DNA of 64,000 nt from Candidatus Binatia bacterium. GTDB lineage: Bacteria > Desulfobacterota > Binatia > Bin18. Every line of letters starts with the position of its first letter. The stretch's first letter is position 1. Below, one piece after another: positions 32,368-42,960 of this stretch. The position numbers and the translations under genes are program-made. Under the pieces are notes generated by a model, which was not told the DNA's origin, did not search any database, and saw nothing but the letters and a program-made list of their open reading frames with translations. Location: assembly GCA_963666315.2 (NCBI GenBank), contig CAXXHG010000021.1, positions 164,869 through 228,868 on the forward strand, given 5' to 3'.

Positions 32368-34719
32368 TTAGTACAGTTCCTCAAGCAACGCTTTCGCATT
32401 CTTCAGGTCTGCCGTGTCAAAGCCTTCGGAGAACCAATTGTAGACGGGAGCGAGCAGCTCCCGGCCTTCAGCCTGCTTGCCCTGTTGCTACCACAGCCGG
32501 GCAAGACTTGTGGCGGCGCGCAGCTCCCAGGATTTGGCCTGTTGGTGTTGAGCAAGGCGGATGGCCTTGTGAAAGCATGCTTCCACCTCTTCCCCGCCGT
32601 TGAACTCTGAACCTTGAACCCTTCGACTGGGCTCAGGACAGGCTTTGAACTTCTCCAGCGTCAGCTCCCCCTGGAGCCGATACAATTCGGCCTCATAGTA
32701 ACGCTCCTCGGTTCTCTCGACAAATGCCAACGCCTCGACCACTACCCTCACCTGCCTCGGCTTGTCCTCCCTTCCCGTATGCCTCGGCCAATAAGGCAAG
32801 AAGATGCGACCGTCCCAGCTCTGACCCCGTGGGCTGCCAGGCAGCCAGTCCCTGGCGTATCTGGCTGATGCCTTCCTCTCCTTGCCCCTGCTGGGCCAGT
32901 GCCCAACCCCGCAGCATAGGCCCCTGCGCCAAGTACACCGGAAATCCCTGCTCGGTCGCCAGCGCAATGAGTGCCTCGGCCCGGTCTTGGACTGCTCGCC
33001 CCTCCCGGCGCAACTGATGGCGTGTGGCAGTTTAGTCCAGGGCAAAAGCCAGACTAAGGAGGTAAGAGAGTTCTTGGGCCAGGCTCAGTGACTAACGACT
33101 CCTTTTTAGGGCCTGCTCCGGATAGCCAAGATGCCACAGGACCTTGGCCGCATAGCTGAGAGAGGCTACCCCAGGGTCAAAAGACCCATAGCTGAAAGTC
33201 AAAGAGTGGTGGTGCTGGGAGTCGTAGAGAGCACTCTCTTGCTCCAGCTGTATTCGGGCGGGGGCTCGCTCTCCGAGGTGGAACAAGACGCCCCCCAACG
33301 CAAAATGGGCTACCACCAGCAGAGCGGGGTCTTGCCTGCTTTGGGCAAAGTGCAGCAGTTGCTCGCATAACTCGTGCGCCCTCTTGTGCTCCGCCCGTAG
33401 TATATAAACCGCCTGCAGTCCAAACAGCATCGGGAAGAGTTCAGGGATTTCCCCCATCTGCTTACACAGCTCCTGTGCCCGCGTATAAGTGTGTTCCGCT
33501 TCTGGGGCAGCCCAGCCTTTAGTGACCTGCAGCGCCAGTTCTTGCTGGCTACGCGCAGGGCTGTCTTCAGGGGTCTGGAGCACCTCTATGGCAGTGGTGA
33601 AGTGCCCAATCGCCTCGACAGTCGCCGACCGCTGCACCGCCTGGTGGCCGGGGCAAGTTTGAATTCGTAGAACAACCGCGATTTGCCTAAGGCTGGCTCA
33701 CCCAGTACCCCCACGATTTGGCCGTGGCCTTCTTTCGCTTGCGCCCGCGTGCCCTGCATCTGGTCCAGTTCACTCTGTCGCCCCACAAAACGGGTCAGCC
33801 CTCGACGGGCGGATACTTGCAGACGAGTTCTAAGCAGACCAGCGCCTACGACCTCATAGATATCGAGCGGTTCTCCCACGCCCTTGATGTCAGCAGGACC
33901 GAGCGCCTTCAGCTCGAAATACCCCTCGGTCAACTTCCGCGTATACTCGCTAATCACGATCGAGCCCGGGTTCGCCATTTGCTCCATCCGCGCTGCTAAG
34001 TTCGTGGAATGCCCGACTGGGACGTAGTCGGTGTGGAGATCGTCTTTGCGAATGGACCGCACCACGACTTCGCCGGTATTGATCCCGACGCGCATCTGGA
34101 GCGGAATGCCATGTTTCAGGCGGACTTGGTCATTATACCCCCGCATCTCCTCTTGCATCCGCAGCGCTGCATATAGTGCCCGTTGCGGATGGTCTTCATG
34201 CGCAATTGGGGCACCGAAGAGGGCAAAGATGCCGTCGCCCAACGCCTGGGCCACATAGCCGTCATAGCGATGCACGGCGTCCATCATCAGCTGCAGCGCA
34301 GGGTCAATAATGGCGCGGGCGTCTTCGGGGTCGAGGCCTTCAATGAGTGCTGTCGAGCCTTTGAGGTCAGCAAACAGGGCGGTGATGGTTTTGCGCTCCC
34401 CATCCGCTGCGCCACGGGATTCCATGGCGGCTTGTTCAGCGCGGATACGCTCGGCGAGATGTGGCGGGGTGTACGTTGAGAGAGGTTGGGATTGCGCAGA
34501 CGAGGGAGTGGGTGCGGAAGCTTGGCCACCCTTACCCATCCAGACGAGGATTTTTCCCTCTTCATCTGCGGCTACTCCTTGGGCCTCAATAAGTTCAAAC
34601 CGGAGGTCGTCGAGTGCGTCCTCATCGAGGGAGAATTGGCGCTTCAGTATCCGATACGAGACTCGGCCCTGCTTCTGGAGCAATTCACGCGTTTTCTCCA
34701 ACACTTCAAGGATATCCAT
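32368..34719 (-). pseudogene. Class III adenylate/guanylate cyclase + STAND ATPase + TPR protein, internally deleted and with stops
   Basis: ERKTITALFADLKGST, GDGIFALFGAP, RVGINTG, NLAARME, FVGRQSE, GEPALGKSRL, then a jump to TPR; [25 protein letters not shown]. Confidence 0.88.
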
Positions 34720-34836
34720 GGGCACCTTTGTCACATGGGGGATTGTAGTAAAGCGGGCCGATTATACAAGAAGTCCGTGCGACAACAGCGCGGGCGCAAC
34801 AGGTCTGAGCTTTTCGCACGCAGCAACAAGACGAGA

Positions 34837-34865
34837 TTGCCAGCTCCATAACTCCCCCCTATGAT
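34837..34865 (+). promoter_or_regulatory. sigma70-like promoter
   Basis: ttgcca-17 nt-tatgat. Confidence 0.55.
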
Positions 34866-34893
34866 ACGACGTAGTTCTGGCGAGGAGGAGATT

Positions 34894-34962
34894 ATGCCAA
34901 CATTCAGGACCGAAGACGGGGCCGAGCTGTATTACTCAACCGTCTGGAGCGTCCTCGAATGA
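34894..34962 (+). pseudogene. N-terminal stub of an alpha/beta hydrolase-like gene, ATGA-overlapping the SSS gene
   Basis: GAGGAGGAG RBS, then MPTFRTEDGAELYY...*, typical of the start of non-heme chloroperoxidase-like hydrolases. Confidence 0.5.
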
Positions 34963-36515
34963 TATTGGATGCATTGATCATCGTTTCGTACTTTATCATC
35001 ATCATGGTCGTCGGCATCGCGGCGGCCCAACGTCAGACTGAAACCACTGCCGAGGAGTACTTTCTCTCCTCGCGATCATTGAGATGGCCGTCCATTGCCA
35101 TCTCCACCATCGCAACGAACATCCATGCCGGGCACTTCCTCGGTATGGCGGGGTCAGCCTACCTGTTCGGTCTAGCGCAGGCCAATCTCGAGATCAACGC
35201 AATCGTCGGCATTCTGATGGCGACATTCATCTTCGTGCCTTTCTACTTACGCGCCCGGGTGACGACGATCAGCCAATTCTTTGCATCAAGATTCGGTCCC
35301 AAGGTGGGGCTCACCTACTCCGTATTGATGATGGTGTTATACGCGTTCATGTACCTGGGCTCTGCTCTGTTCTGGGGCGCGTGGGCGATCGACGGCGTCT
35401 TCGGCGACTTTGTCACTTTTCTGGGTGATAGCGCACCCGTACGCCTGGGTTGCATGGTGGTGATCCTCGGCCTTTTCTCTGCCACGTATACCTACTTGGG
35501 TGGACTCACTGCGGTCGTGCGCACTGACATGGTGCAGTTCGTGCTGCTGGTTGTGGGTGGTCTGCTCATGATGGATTTGGCAATCCGCGAACTCGGTGGC
35601 TGGACTGAACTTTACATCCAGACGCCCGACAAGATGCACCTGCACTTACCTGCCGATCACGAAACACTCCCGTGGATAGCGCTCATCGGCATGAATTTTC
35701 TCAACCTCAACTATTGGGGCGCCAACCAGATCATTCTGCAACGCGCCCTCGCGGCCAAGAGTTTGGCCCATGCTCAGATTGGGCTCCTGGTGGGGGGGGT
35801 CTTCAAATATCTCATGGTCCTCATCATCATCGTGCCGGCCATTGCCTTGGTCGGCATCACCGCGGCCCATCCGCTCACGGATCCGGATCAAGCCTACGCA
35901 ACCATGGTGAAAACACTGCTACCCAGCGGGCTGCGAGGCATCATTCTATGCGGCCTGTTCGCCTCTTTGATGAGCACGGTGGATTCGATCTTCAACTCCG
36001 TATCCACCCTGTGGTCGGTGGATATCTATAAGCGCTACATCAAAACCGACGCCAGGGATGCGGAGATGGTACGCGCCGCGAAGTGGGCCATCGTCGGTAC
36101 ACTCCTAACCGGATTGAGTTTTGCTCTCATTCAGATCTACATCAAGTTCGATAATCCCGAGTTCCCGCTGACGCATTGGTTCAACGAGCTCAGCTACTAT
36201 GTGAAGAATGGTTTCGTTCTGCTCGTAGTCGCCGCCATCTTTTTGCTGCGACCATCGCCTCGGCTTGTGCTGACGATGCTGGCGATCAGCATTCCCCTCA
36301 CGGTGGCATTCAAGCTCGGCTTTCCCGAGATGAATTACTTCGTCCGCTCCATGTGGATCATCTTGGGGCTGGTGCTCGGCACGGCAATTCCCACCTGGTT
36401 CAAGCATGGCTGGCGTCTTGACATGAAACTGGTAGAGTCCGCGAGTCCTGCTGTGGCACGATTTGGTATTGCGTTGGCAGCCTCCCTGATCGCTTGCCAC
36501 ATCGTCTTCCACTGA
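34959..36515 (+). CDS. Sodium:solute symporter (SLC5, sugar/inositol-type)
   Basis: EEYFLSSRSL, SIATNI-like motif, YTYLGGLTAVVRTD, NQIILQRALAAKS, ASLMST. Confidence 0.92.
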   Translation: MILDALIIVSYFIIIMVVGIAAAQRQTETTAEEYFLSSRSLRWPSIAISTIATNIHAGHFLGMAGSAYLFGLAQANLEINAIVGILMATFIFVPFYLRARVTTISQFFASRFGPKVGLTYSVLMMVLYAFMYLGSALFWGAWAIDGVFGDFVTFLGDSAPVRLGCMVVILGLFSATYTYLGGLTAVVRTDMVQFVLLVVGGLLMMDLAIRELGGWTELYIQTPDKMHLHLPADHETLPWIALIGMNFLNLNYWGANQIILQRALAAKSLAHAQIGLLVGGVFKYLMVLIIIVPAIALVGITAAHPLTDPDQAYATMVKTLLPSGLRGIILCGLFASLMSTVDSIFNSVSTLWSVDIYKRYIKTDARDAEMVRAAKWAIVGTLLTGLSFALIQIYIKFDNPEFPLTHWFNELSYYVKNGFVLLVVAAIFLLRPSPRLVLTMLAISIPLTVAFKLGFPEMNYFVRSMWIILGLVLGTAIPTWFKHGWRLDMKLVESASPAVARFGIALAASLIACHIVFH

Positions 36516-36703
36516 GATTTGTCAGCCATCGCGCCTCTCACCCGTTGCGCCATAATCATCTGCAGCCGACACTGTATTCACGGTCTTTCGTCCCGGCGTC
36601 ATGACGATTGGCGCTTGAGCTGACTTGAGACAGCGCGGGGTCAGAGCGAACTCATGGGCCGGTCTGTCTACTGCGCGTCTCGTCCCTCTTGTGAGGAATA
36701 CGC

Positions 36704-37489
36704 TCAGTTCGACGGCTGCGATTCGATTACGAGCAGGACGTTTTCGTCGTCCCACACTACGGCGTCGGAGCCGTTGCTCTGACTCTGGATATTGCGCTCA
36801 AACGTTTGCAGCGCCTCGGCGAACTCCTGAGGCCCGTACAGAGACAGCGTCGAGTAGTGTCGAGCATGTGCCTGCTGAAGGAGTCGCGCGACTGTGGCGC
36901 GCCGCGTGAACTGGAAAGTCTCCACGTCGCTCAGCACGCAACCACTCTCCTCAACCCAGGTTCGCATCTGGTCCTGGCTATACAGGCGCTGCTCCTTGTC
37001 CAAAAATCCTGGAAAATACTGCCCCCATACCGATTTGGCATTTTGTTCGGGCGTTCGTGTATACACGAATATTTGGCCCCGCGTCCGCAGAGCGCGGCTC
37101 GCATTCCGAATAAAGGTCCGGAAGTCGAAATGATGAATGGCGTTGAACGTGAACACCGCGTGCAGGGAGTTGTCTTTCAATCGGAGTTCATCGACGCCGG
37201 TGTGGACGGGTTCGAAGCGGTCGATGCCGGCTTCACGCAGGTGCTCGGTCAAGTGGCGAAGCATTTCGGCACTACGATCGATGCACAAGAGATGCAGCTC
37301 GGGCATCTTCTGTAGTAACAGCAAGTCGTATCGTCCGGCGCCACAACCGACATCAGCTGCCCTTGTGCACCCACGTTCCGCAAGCCTCTGGCAGATGGAG
37401 TGGATCGGTGCCTCGTCTGTGGTGCGGACGTTCCGGTAGTGTTCGGCCACCTTCGCAAAATGGTCTTGCATGTGCATCGCTTTGGACAT
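36704..37489 (-). CDS. Class I SAM-dependent methyltransferase
   Basis: ADVGCGAG, IDRSAEML, FNAIHHF; GGAGG RBS. Confidence 0.88.
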   Translation of the reverse strand: MSKAMHMQDHFAKVAEHYRNVRTTDEAPIHSICQRLAERGCTRAADVGCGAGRYDLLLLQKMPELHLLCIDRSAEMLRHLTEHLREAGIDRFEPVHTGVDELRLKDNSLHAVFTFNAIHHFDFRTFIRNASRALRTRGQIFVYTRTPEQNAKSVWGQYFPGFLDKEQRLYSQDQMRTWVEESGCVLSDVETFQFTRRATVARLLQQAHARHYSTLSLYGPQEFAEALQTFERNIQSQSNGSDAVVWDDENVLLVIESQPSN

Positions 37490-37931
37490 AGCTCAACCTC
37501 CGGCTTAAATAGATGAATAAAAAGATTGTAGCGGAAGATGTCAACGGGGTTGAGACCCGCATGTGTAGGGGTGGCTGCTGTAGGTTATTGAGATGCGCGC
37601 ACTCCTCGGTAGATCTCGGGACCTATTCGAGAGGGACGAGACGCGCTGTACGTAGCCCTCGTGTTGCTTCTCTAGTGTTTTCATTTGCATGACCGCGCTC
37701 AGCCGGAGGCGGCGCGTGAGCGATCCCCGTTTTCCGTTCCCGGGGTACTCCGAGGGGACTCAGAAATGCTCTTGATGTTCCCCGGCCAGTAGTCTACGCT
37801 CCTGTTCGATCAGTTCTGGCGGGCGGATGAGAACGTCCGCCGCCACGCAGTGAGGACTAGGCAACCTGCCGCCGAGACAGTGTTCGGCTCGCCGGGGCGC
37901 CCGTCTTTCCATGAAGAGTAAGGAGCACGCA

Positions 37932-39023
37932 ATGAGCGGAATCAAGATCGCGATTGTCGGAGTGGGGAACTGCGTCAGTTCCCTCCTGCAGGGCATCGAG
38001 TACTACCGGGAGCAACCCCAGGACGTCGTCGGCCTGATGCACTGGGACATCGGGGGCTATCAGCCCGGCGATATCAGCGTCGTCGCGGCCTTTGATATCG
38101 ACCGGCGCAAAGTGGGGCAAGACGTCCATGCGGCGATCTTTGCCCCGCCGAACTGTACGACCGTCTTCTGTGCCGATCTGCCGCCGGCGGGGGTCACGGT
38201 CCAGATGGGGAAGATTCTGGATGGAGTGTCTCCCCATATGCACGAGTATGACGATAAATACACCTTCGTCGTGGCCGACCAGGCGGAACCCAGCGCCGCG
38301 GCCGTGGTCAAGATCATCAAAGACTCCGGCGCGGACATGCTGCTGAATTATTTACCCGTGGGCTCGGAAGAGGCGACGCGGTTCTATGCCGAATGCGCGC
38401 TCCAGGCCGGCGTCGCGTTTATCAATAATATGCCGGTCTTCATCGCCAGCGACCCGCTCTGGGCGCAGCGGTTTGCGGAGCGCAAGCTGCCTCTGATCGG
38501 GGACGACATCAAGGCGCAGTTGGGGGCGACGATCACCCACCGGGTCCTGACCGATCTGTTCAAGAAGCGCGGGGTGAAACTGGAGCGCACCTACCAACTC
38601 AATACGGGCGGCAACACGGATTTTCTGAACATGCTCAATCACCGCCGGCTGGCCTCGAAGAAAGTGTCCAAGACCGAGGCGGTGCAATCCGTGTCGGCTA
38701 CCCGGTTGGCGGATGAAAACATTCATATCGGGCCGAGCGATTTCGTGCCGTGGCAGAAAGACAACAAAGTGTGTTTTCTGCGCATGGAAGGCAAGCTCTT
38801 CGGCGGGGTCGATATGAACATAGAACTGCGCCTCTCCGTGGAGGATTCCCCCAACTCCGCCGGGGTCGCCATAGACGCGATCCGGTGTGTCAAACTGGCC
38901 TTGAACCGCCGGCAGGGGGGCATCCTAGAGGCCCCCTCCGCCTATTTTTGCAAACATCCCCCCCAGCAGTTCACCGATGACGAGGCCTTTCAGATGCTCG
39001 AAGCCTTCATCCAGCGCTCCTGA
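37932..39023 (+). CDS. ino1: Myo-inositol-1-phosphate synthase
   Basis: GVGNCVSSL, NYLPVGS, GDDIKAQ, QLNTGGNTDFLNM, SKKVSKT, DSPNSAG. Confidence 0.95.
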   Translation: MSGIKIAIVGVGNCVSSLLQGIEYYREQPQDVVGLMHWDIGGYQPGDISVVAAFDIDRRKVGQDVHAAIFAPPNCTTVFCADLPPAGVTVQMGKILDGVSPHMHEYDDKYTFVVADQAEPSAAAVVKIIKDSGADMLLNYLPVGSEEATRFYAECALQAGVAFINNMPVFIASDPLWAQRFAERKLPLIGDDIKAQLGATITHRVLTDLFKKRGVKLERTYQLNTGGNTDFLNMLNHRRLASKKVSKTEAVQSVSATRLADENIHIGPSDFVPWQKDNKVCFLRMEGKLFGGVDMNIELRLSVEDSPNSAGVAIDAIRCVKLALNRRQGGILEAPSAYFCKHPPQQFTDDEAFQMLEAFIQRS

Positions 39024-39027
39024 CCCG

Positions 39028-39222
39028 ATGCAGTGTCTGATCATTGCGGCCGGCCAGGGCCGCCGACTCCGACACCAGGGCGACAGCAAACCCCTCGTGC
39101 CCCTCTTAGGCGTCCCCCTGATCGAACGCGTCATCCGCGCCGCCCGAGAGGCGGGCGCGGATGACTTCTATGTGGTCATCGGCTACCAGGGGGATCGGCT
39201 AATGACTCTCACCGCCCGTTGA
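39028..39222 (+). pseudogene. Truncated nucleotidyltransferase (IPCT-like, di-myo-inositol-phosphate pathway)
   Basis: MQCLIIAAGQGRRL...SKPLVPLLGVPLIERVI...VVIGYQG directly after ino1; homology stops near 39200. Confidence 0.75.
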
Positions 39223-39299
39223 TACGGGTACGGAACGATTGTTTGAACCATAGCAAGAGAGTCGTTTTAAACTGAAAGAGGTAGAACATTGGCCTCAAT

Positions 39300-40154
39300 C
39301 TATCCACCCTTGCTAGGCGACCAGTTGTAGAGCTTGGCGAGGGTCCCGCCCATGAGTGCGCAACGCTCTGAATCCGACAGCTGGTCAGTGACCCGGAACG
39401 CCTCAACGCCCTGCTCGTAGGTCAACAATTCTGCTGCCCGGGTCCAGTCGGTGCCCCACATGCATCGTGCGAAGCCGAATGCGTCGAATATCTTGCCCAG
39501 AGGCTGCCAGATATCCTGGTATGGGAAGGGCTGATGGGACAGGGTACAGGCTCCCGAAATCTTGATGGCCACGTTGTCGCATTCCGCAAGCGCAACCACG
39601 TGGGCCAAATCGGCGAACGGTTCTGACGGCGCTGGTGGTCCGAAGGGTTGGATCAGACCCACATGATCGACCACCACCTGAGTGTCCGGATTGCGGCGGG
39701 CCAGTTCACGCAACAGAGACAGCTTGCCCCAGCCCAAAACATTCACCGGAATACCCGCTTTGGCTCCGGCGGCGAGTATGCGATTGAGACCCGGATCGTC
39801 CGCCTCGGGTGATCGGGCCGTGAGCATGAGGCGGGCGCCGACCACCCCCGGTGTCCCTGCCCACTCTGCGATCTCGTCAGCGACCGCTTCGGACCGAGGA
39901 TCGAAGGGTTTGATCAAGCCGAACTTGTCTGGATGTTTGGCGTAGACCTCGAGGACATAGCCGGCGTCGTAGCGATACATCGTGTAGGGCGACACTAGTA
40001 ACGCCCCATCGACGCCGACCGCGTCCATGGCTGCCACCATGTCGTCGCCGGTGACCTCATCCGGCCCCGGCAGGACTCCGCTCCAAGGACGCTCAGGACG
40101 ATCCCGCTCGTAGGCATGGACTTGTGAGTCTATCGTGGGAGTCTGAGCTGCCAT
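39300..40154 (-). CDS. Amidohydrolase_2 family protein
   Basis: IDSQVHAY, VVVDHVG, IKISG, MWGTDW. Confidence 0.88.
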   Translation of the reverse strand: MAAQTPTIDSQVHAYERDRPERPWSGVLPGPDEVTGDDMVAAMDAVGVDGALLVSPYTMYRYDAGYVLEVYAKHPDKFGLIKPFDPRSEAVADEIAEWAGTPGVVGARLMLTARSPEADDPGLNRILAAGAKAGIPVNVLGWGKLSLLRELARRNPDTQVVVDHVGLIQPFGPPAPSEPFADLAHVVALAECDNVAIKISGACTLSHQPFPYQDIWQPLGKIFDAFGFARCMWGTDWTRAAELLTYEQGVEAFRVTDQLSDSERCALMGGTLAKLYNWSPSKGG

Positions 40155-40170
40155 CGTGCTTGCCCCTTTT

Positions 40171-41442
40171 CTAGACTGTCTGAGTAGAGGAAATCCCGTG
40201 AGGTCGAGGAACTGTGGGCCGTGGCGTGAGGAGGAGCAGGAGTAAGGCGACCCCACCCGTCAGCGCGCTATACAGAAAGGCGGGCTGGTAGCTGCCGCTG
40301 ACATCCCGTAGATAGCCCGCAATCATCGGCCCCCATGCCCCCAGAATGCCCGCGCCGGCAAAAAGAAACCCGGTAATGGACCCGGCGTGCAACCGACCAA
40401 AGAAGTCGCCGACCAGAGCCGGGAGCAGCATCGTCAGCCCACCGTAGAAAAAACCAAACGCCACGGCTCCCGCGTATACTCCGTCTCGACTCTGTGCCGA
40501 AAAAAAGAGGAGATACGCCGCGATCTGCACACTCAAAGCAATCGCCAGCCCCGTCCTGCGACCGATACGATCCGACAGCGGGCCCAGTGAGAGGTTGCCC
40601 AGGACAGCGCTTATCCCCATGGCACTCACCGCCAGGGCTCCTTGTGCGTGCGAGAGTCCAAGGTCTTGGGCAAAGACAACAATGTGAACAAACGGCACGG
40701 GCACAGTGAGGAAGGTAACCACCAGCGTGATCGCTAACAGCCAGAATGAACGCGTGGTTCGGGCTTCCTGTAGGGTCCAGTTTTTCAGAGAGACAGTTTC
40801 CCTGTCTGTCAGAGGGGCGGCGGGACTCTGGGGTAGACGTTCACCGTCGGGCGTCAGTCCCAACTGTTCTGGGCTGCGCACCATAAATCGGGCCAGCCCA
40901 TTCAGGAGTAGCACGATAATAATGCCACACACGAGATAGACAGGACGCCACCCCCAACGCGCAATACACACGGCAGCCAGCCAGGGACAGACCAGGATCC
41001 CGCAGCTACTTCCGCTCGCAGCCAGCCCTAAGGCGAGGCCCCGTTTGCGTTGGAACCATTTTACGACGGTCGTATTGCAGGGAATGTACGCGCTACTCAT
41101 GCCCAGCGCCGCAATCAGCCCATAACACAGGTACAGCTGCCATTGGGCCGTCATTTGACTCGTAGCGATAATCCCGCCGCCCAGTAAAACCCCGCCAGCG
41201 GCAATGACCCAACGCGGGCCGGCGGTGTCAGTCAGCCGGCCGCTGATCCAGCTGCAGCCACTATACACCATGGTATAGAGCGAAAAGGCGCCGCCCAAAC
41301 TCGCCCGCTGCCAGCCCAATTCGTCCAACATCGCGGGCAAAAATACCCCAAAAGAGTATTGCACCCCGTAGGTCGTGAAAAGCACCAGGAAGGCACAGCC
41401 CGTGACAATCCAGCCATAAAAAAGGGAAGGGAAAAGGCGCAT
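40171..41442 (-). CDS. MFS transporter (OFA/MCT-like)
   Basis: YGW, YSFGVF, KWFQRKRGLA, LSDRIGRR. Confidence 0.9.
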   Translation of the reverse strand: MRLFPSLFYGWIVTGCAFLVLFTTYGVQYSFGVFLPAMLDELGWQRASLGGAFSLYTMVYSGCSWISGRLTDTAGPRWVIAAGGVLLGGGIIATSQMTAQWQLYLCYGLIAALGMSSAYIPCNTTVVKWFQRKRGLALGLAASGSSCGILVCPWLAAVCIARWGWRPVYLVCGIIIVLLLNGLARFMVRSPEQLGLTPDGERLPQSPAAPLTDRETVSLKNWTLQEARTTRSFWLLAITLVVTFLTVPVPFVHIVVFAQDLGLSHAQGALAVSAMGISAVLGNLSLGPLSDRIGRRTGLAIALSVQIAAYLLFFSAQSRDGVYAGAVAFGFFYGGLTMLLPALVGDFFGRLHAGSITGFLFAGAGILGAWGPMIAGYLRDVSGSYQPAFLYSALTGGVALLLLLLTPRPTVPRPHGISSTQTV

Positions 41443-41489
41443 AACAACGTATTTTCAAAGCCTCCCTATCAAGCGTTCTACCCCTAGGC

Positions 41490-41571
41490 CAAAATCCTCA
41501 GGATTCGGTAGGAAACCGGCCTTGACTCGCCGCAGCTCCCGGCTGTGTTCCAGTACCTCAAGAAATGTCAT
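41490..41571 (-). pseudogene. N-terminal scar of the cyclase-STAND-TPR family
   Basis: MTFLEVLEHSREL...SQGR-SYRILR (frameshifted) matches MDILEVLEKTRELLQKQGRVSYRILK at 34719. Confidence 0.65.
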
Positions 41572-41620
41572 ATGGATTCCTCTCCTGCCTCTGCCTTCTC
41601 CGGCACGTCTGAGGTGCTCT

Positions 41621-42382
41621 TCAGACTGCTGCCAGAAAATCTTCGACGAGCTGCATATAGTCCGCCCGGTTACGAAAGAAAATATCGTTGTGGCCACCCT
41701 GGTAGAAGATGCGGAGCTGCTTGGGCTCACGCGCTGCGCTATACAGCCGCTCCGCATGGTGGGCACCGATTAACTCGTCAAAGCGCGCATGCAGTATCAA
41801 GGTCTGTCCCTGAAAACCCGCCAGCTTCGGGGCAAAGTCAAAATATTTTCTCAACTCATCTGCGACCTCCGGCTCGGACATCCCCAGCTCTTCGGGTAAG
41901 ACCCGTTGGAAAAACCGTTCGGTGATATCGGCAACACAGCTTTCAATAATCAGGCCGCCAATCTGTGGGTATCGAGAGACGCCGTGCAAAGCGTACAGCG
42001 ACCCAATCGACCGACCGAAAAGCACCATCTTTTGATCCGGAGTGTGCAAGCTTTGGATGATGGGAACCACATCCTCCAGCATGCCGACCAAAGCGGGCTG
42101 ACGGTCTGACATCCCGTATCCACGATATTCGGCGAGCAAAAGATTATGTCCGGCCCGGGATATCCAGGTGGCAAAGTCGGGCAGATAGTCAGCCACGACT
42201 TCGCCATTCCCGTGAAAATACACTACGGTTTTGGCGTCCGGATGAACAGCGTGGTAATAGCACTCCAGCCTGCTCCCATCGTCAGCCTCGACCCAATACG
42301 TATCAGAAAGCGGGGTCCTGCGTGGAAAAAAATAGCGGCTTGAAACAAGGGGATGATCGAGCATTGAGGAGGAGGCGGACAT
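41621..42382 (-). CDS. Alpha/beta hydrolase (ABHD17/BEM46-like)
   Basis: YFHGNGE, EYRGYG, GRSIG nucleophile motif, GGHNDIF. Confidence 0.88.
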   Translation of the reverse strand: MSASSSMLDHPLVSSRYFFPRRTPLSDTYWVEADDGSRLECYYHAVHPDAKTVVYFHGNGEVVADYLPDFATWISRAGHNLLLAEYRGYGMSDRQPALVGMLEDVVPIIQSLHTPDQKMVLFGRSIGSLYALHGVSRYPQIGGLIIESCVADITERFFQRVLPEELGMSEPEVADELRKYFDFAPKLAGFQGQTLILHARFDELIGAHHAERLYSAAREPKQLRIFYQGGHNDIFFRNRADYMQLVEDFLAAV

Positions 42383-42452
42383 AACAAATCACTCTATTCC
42401 ATCAGGGCCGTCACGGTCTTTGGGGCGTCTTCTTGCAAGAACTGACCGCCGG

Positions 42453-42929
42453 CTAGTCGCGGCCGGAAGACAACACCCCCTTCGCGGCAACCGCCAACAA
42501 CACCACAACTAAAATCACGCTCGGTACGCCGGGCAAGAATCCGATGAGGCCGATGGTGTCCGCCTCACCCAAGGGGCTGTCACCCATGCTCAGCGCCCGA
42601 TTACTGGACGCATTACCCAACCAGTAAAACACGGTGAATGACCAGGCGATATAGATAAATCCATAGGCTGTGAATCGCTGCATGAATGCGCTTAAACGCA
42701 ATTTCGGCAACACCAGCGCCATGACAATGACTAACATCCCATTTAAGGTGCCACCGGTATGCGCCCGTACCCAACCCTCGCTGCTGCCATAGAGTGGCAG
42801 TGGAATGATCTTCCCCGGCCAGACCTCAATGCCGCCAAGCAGGGTAAACATCAACATAAAGCCGGCCAGCATGGCAATGAGCACCACGACCAGTCCGTTG
42901 GCGATCATGATCCGCTCAAGTCTTTCCAT
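42453..42929 (-). CDS. styC: Styrene oxide isomerase (StyC)-like heme membrane protein
   Basis: GGIEVWPG, GSSEGWVRAHTGGTLNGMLVI, VFYWLGNASSNRALSMG closely resemble StyC; H57/N63/Y102 correspond to StyC H58/N64/Y103. Confidence 0.8.
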   Translation of the reverse strand: MERLERIMIANGLVVVLIAMLAGFMLMFTLLGGIEVWPGKIIPLPLYGSSEGWVRAHTGGTLNGMLVIVMALVLPKLRLSAFMQRFTAYGFIYIAWSFTVFYWLGNASSNRALSMGDSPLGEADTIGLIGFLPGVPSVILVVVLLAVAAKGVLSSGRD

Positions 42930-42960
42930 GGTGCCCCCCTCATCGCTGTATCCGCGATGT

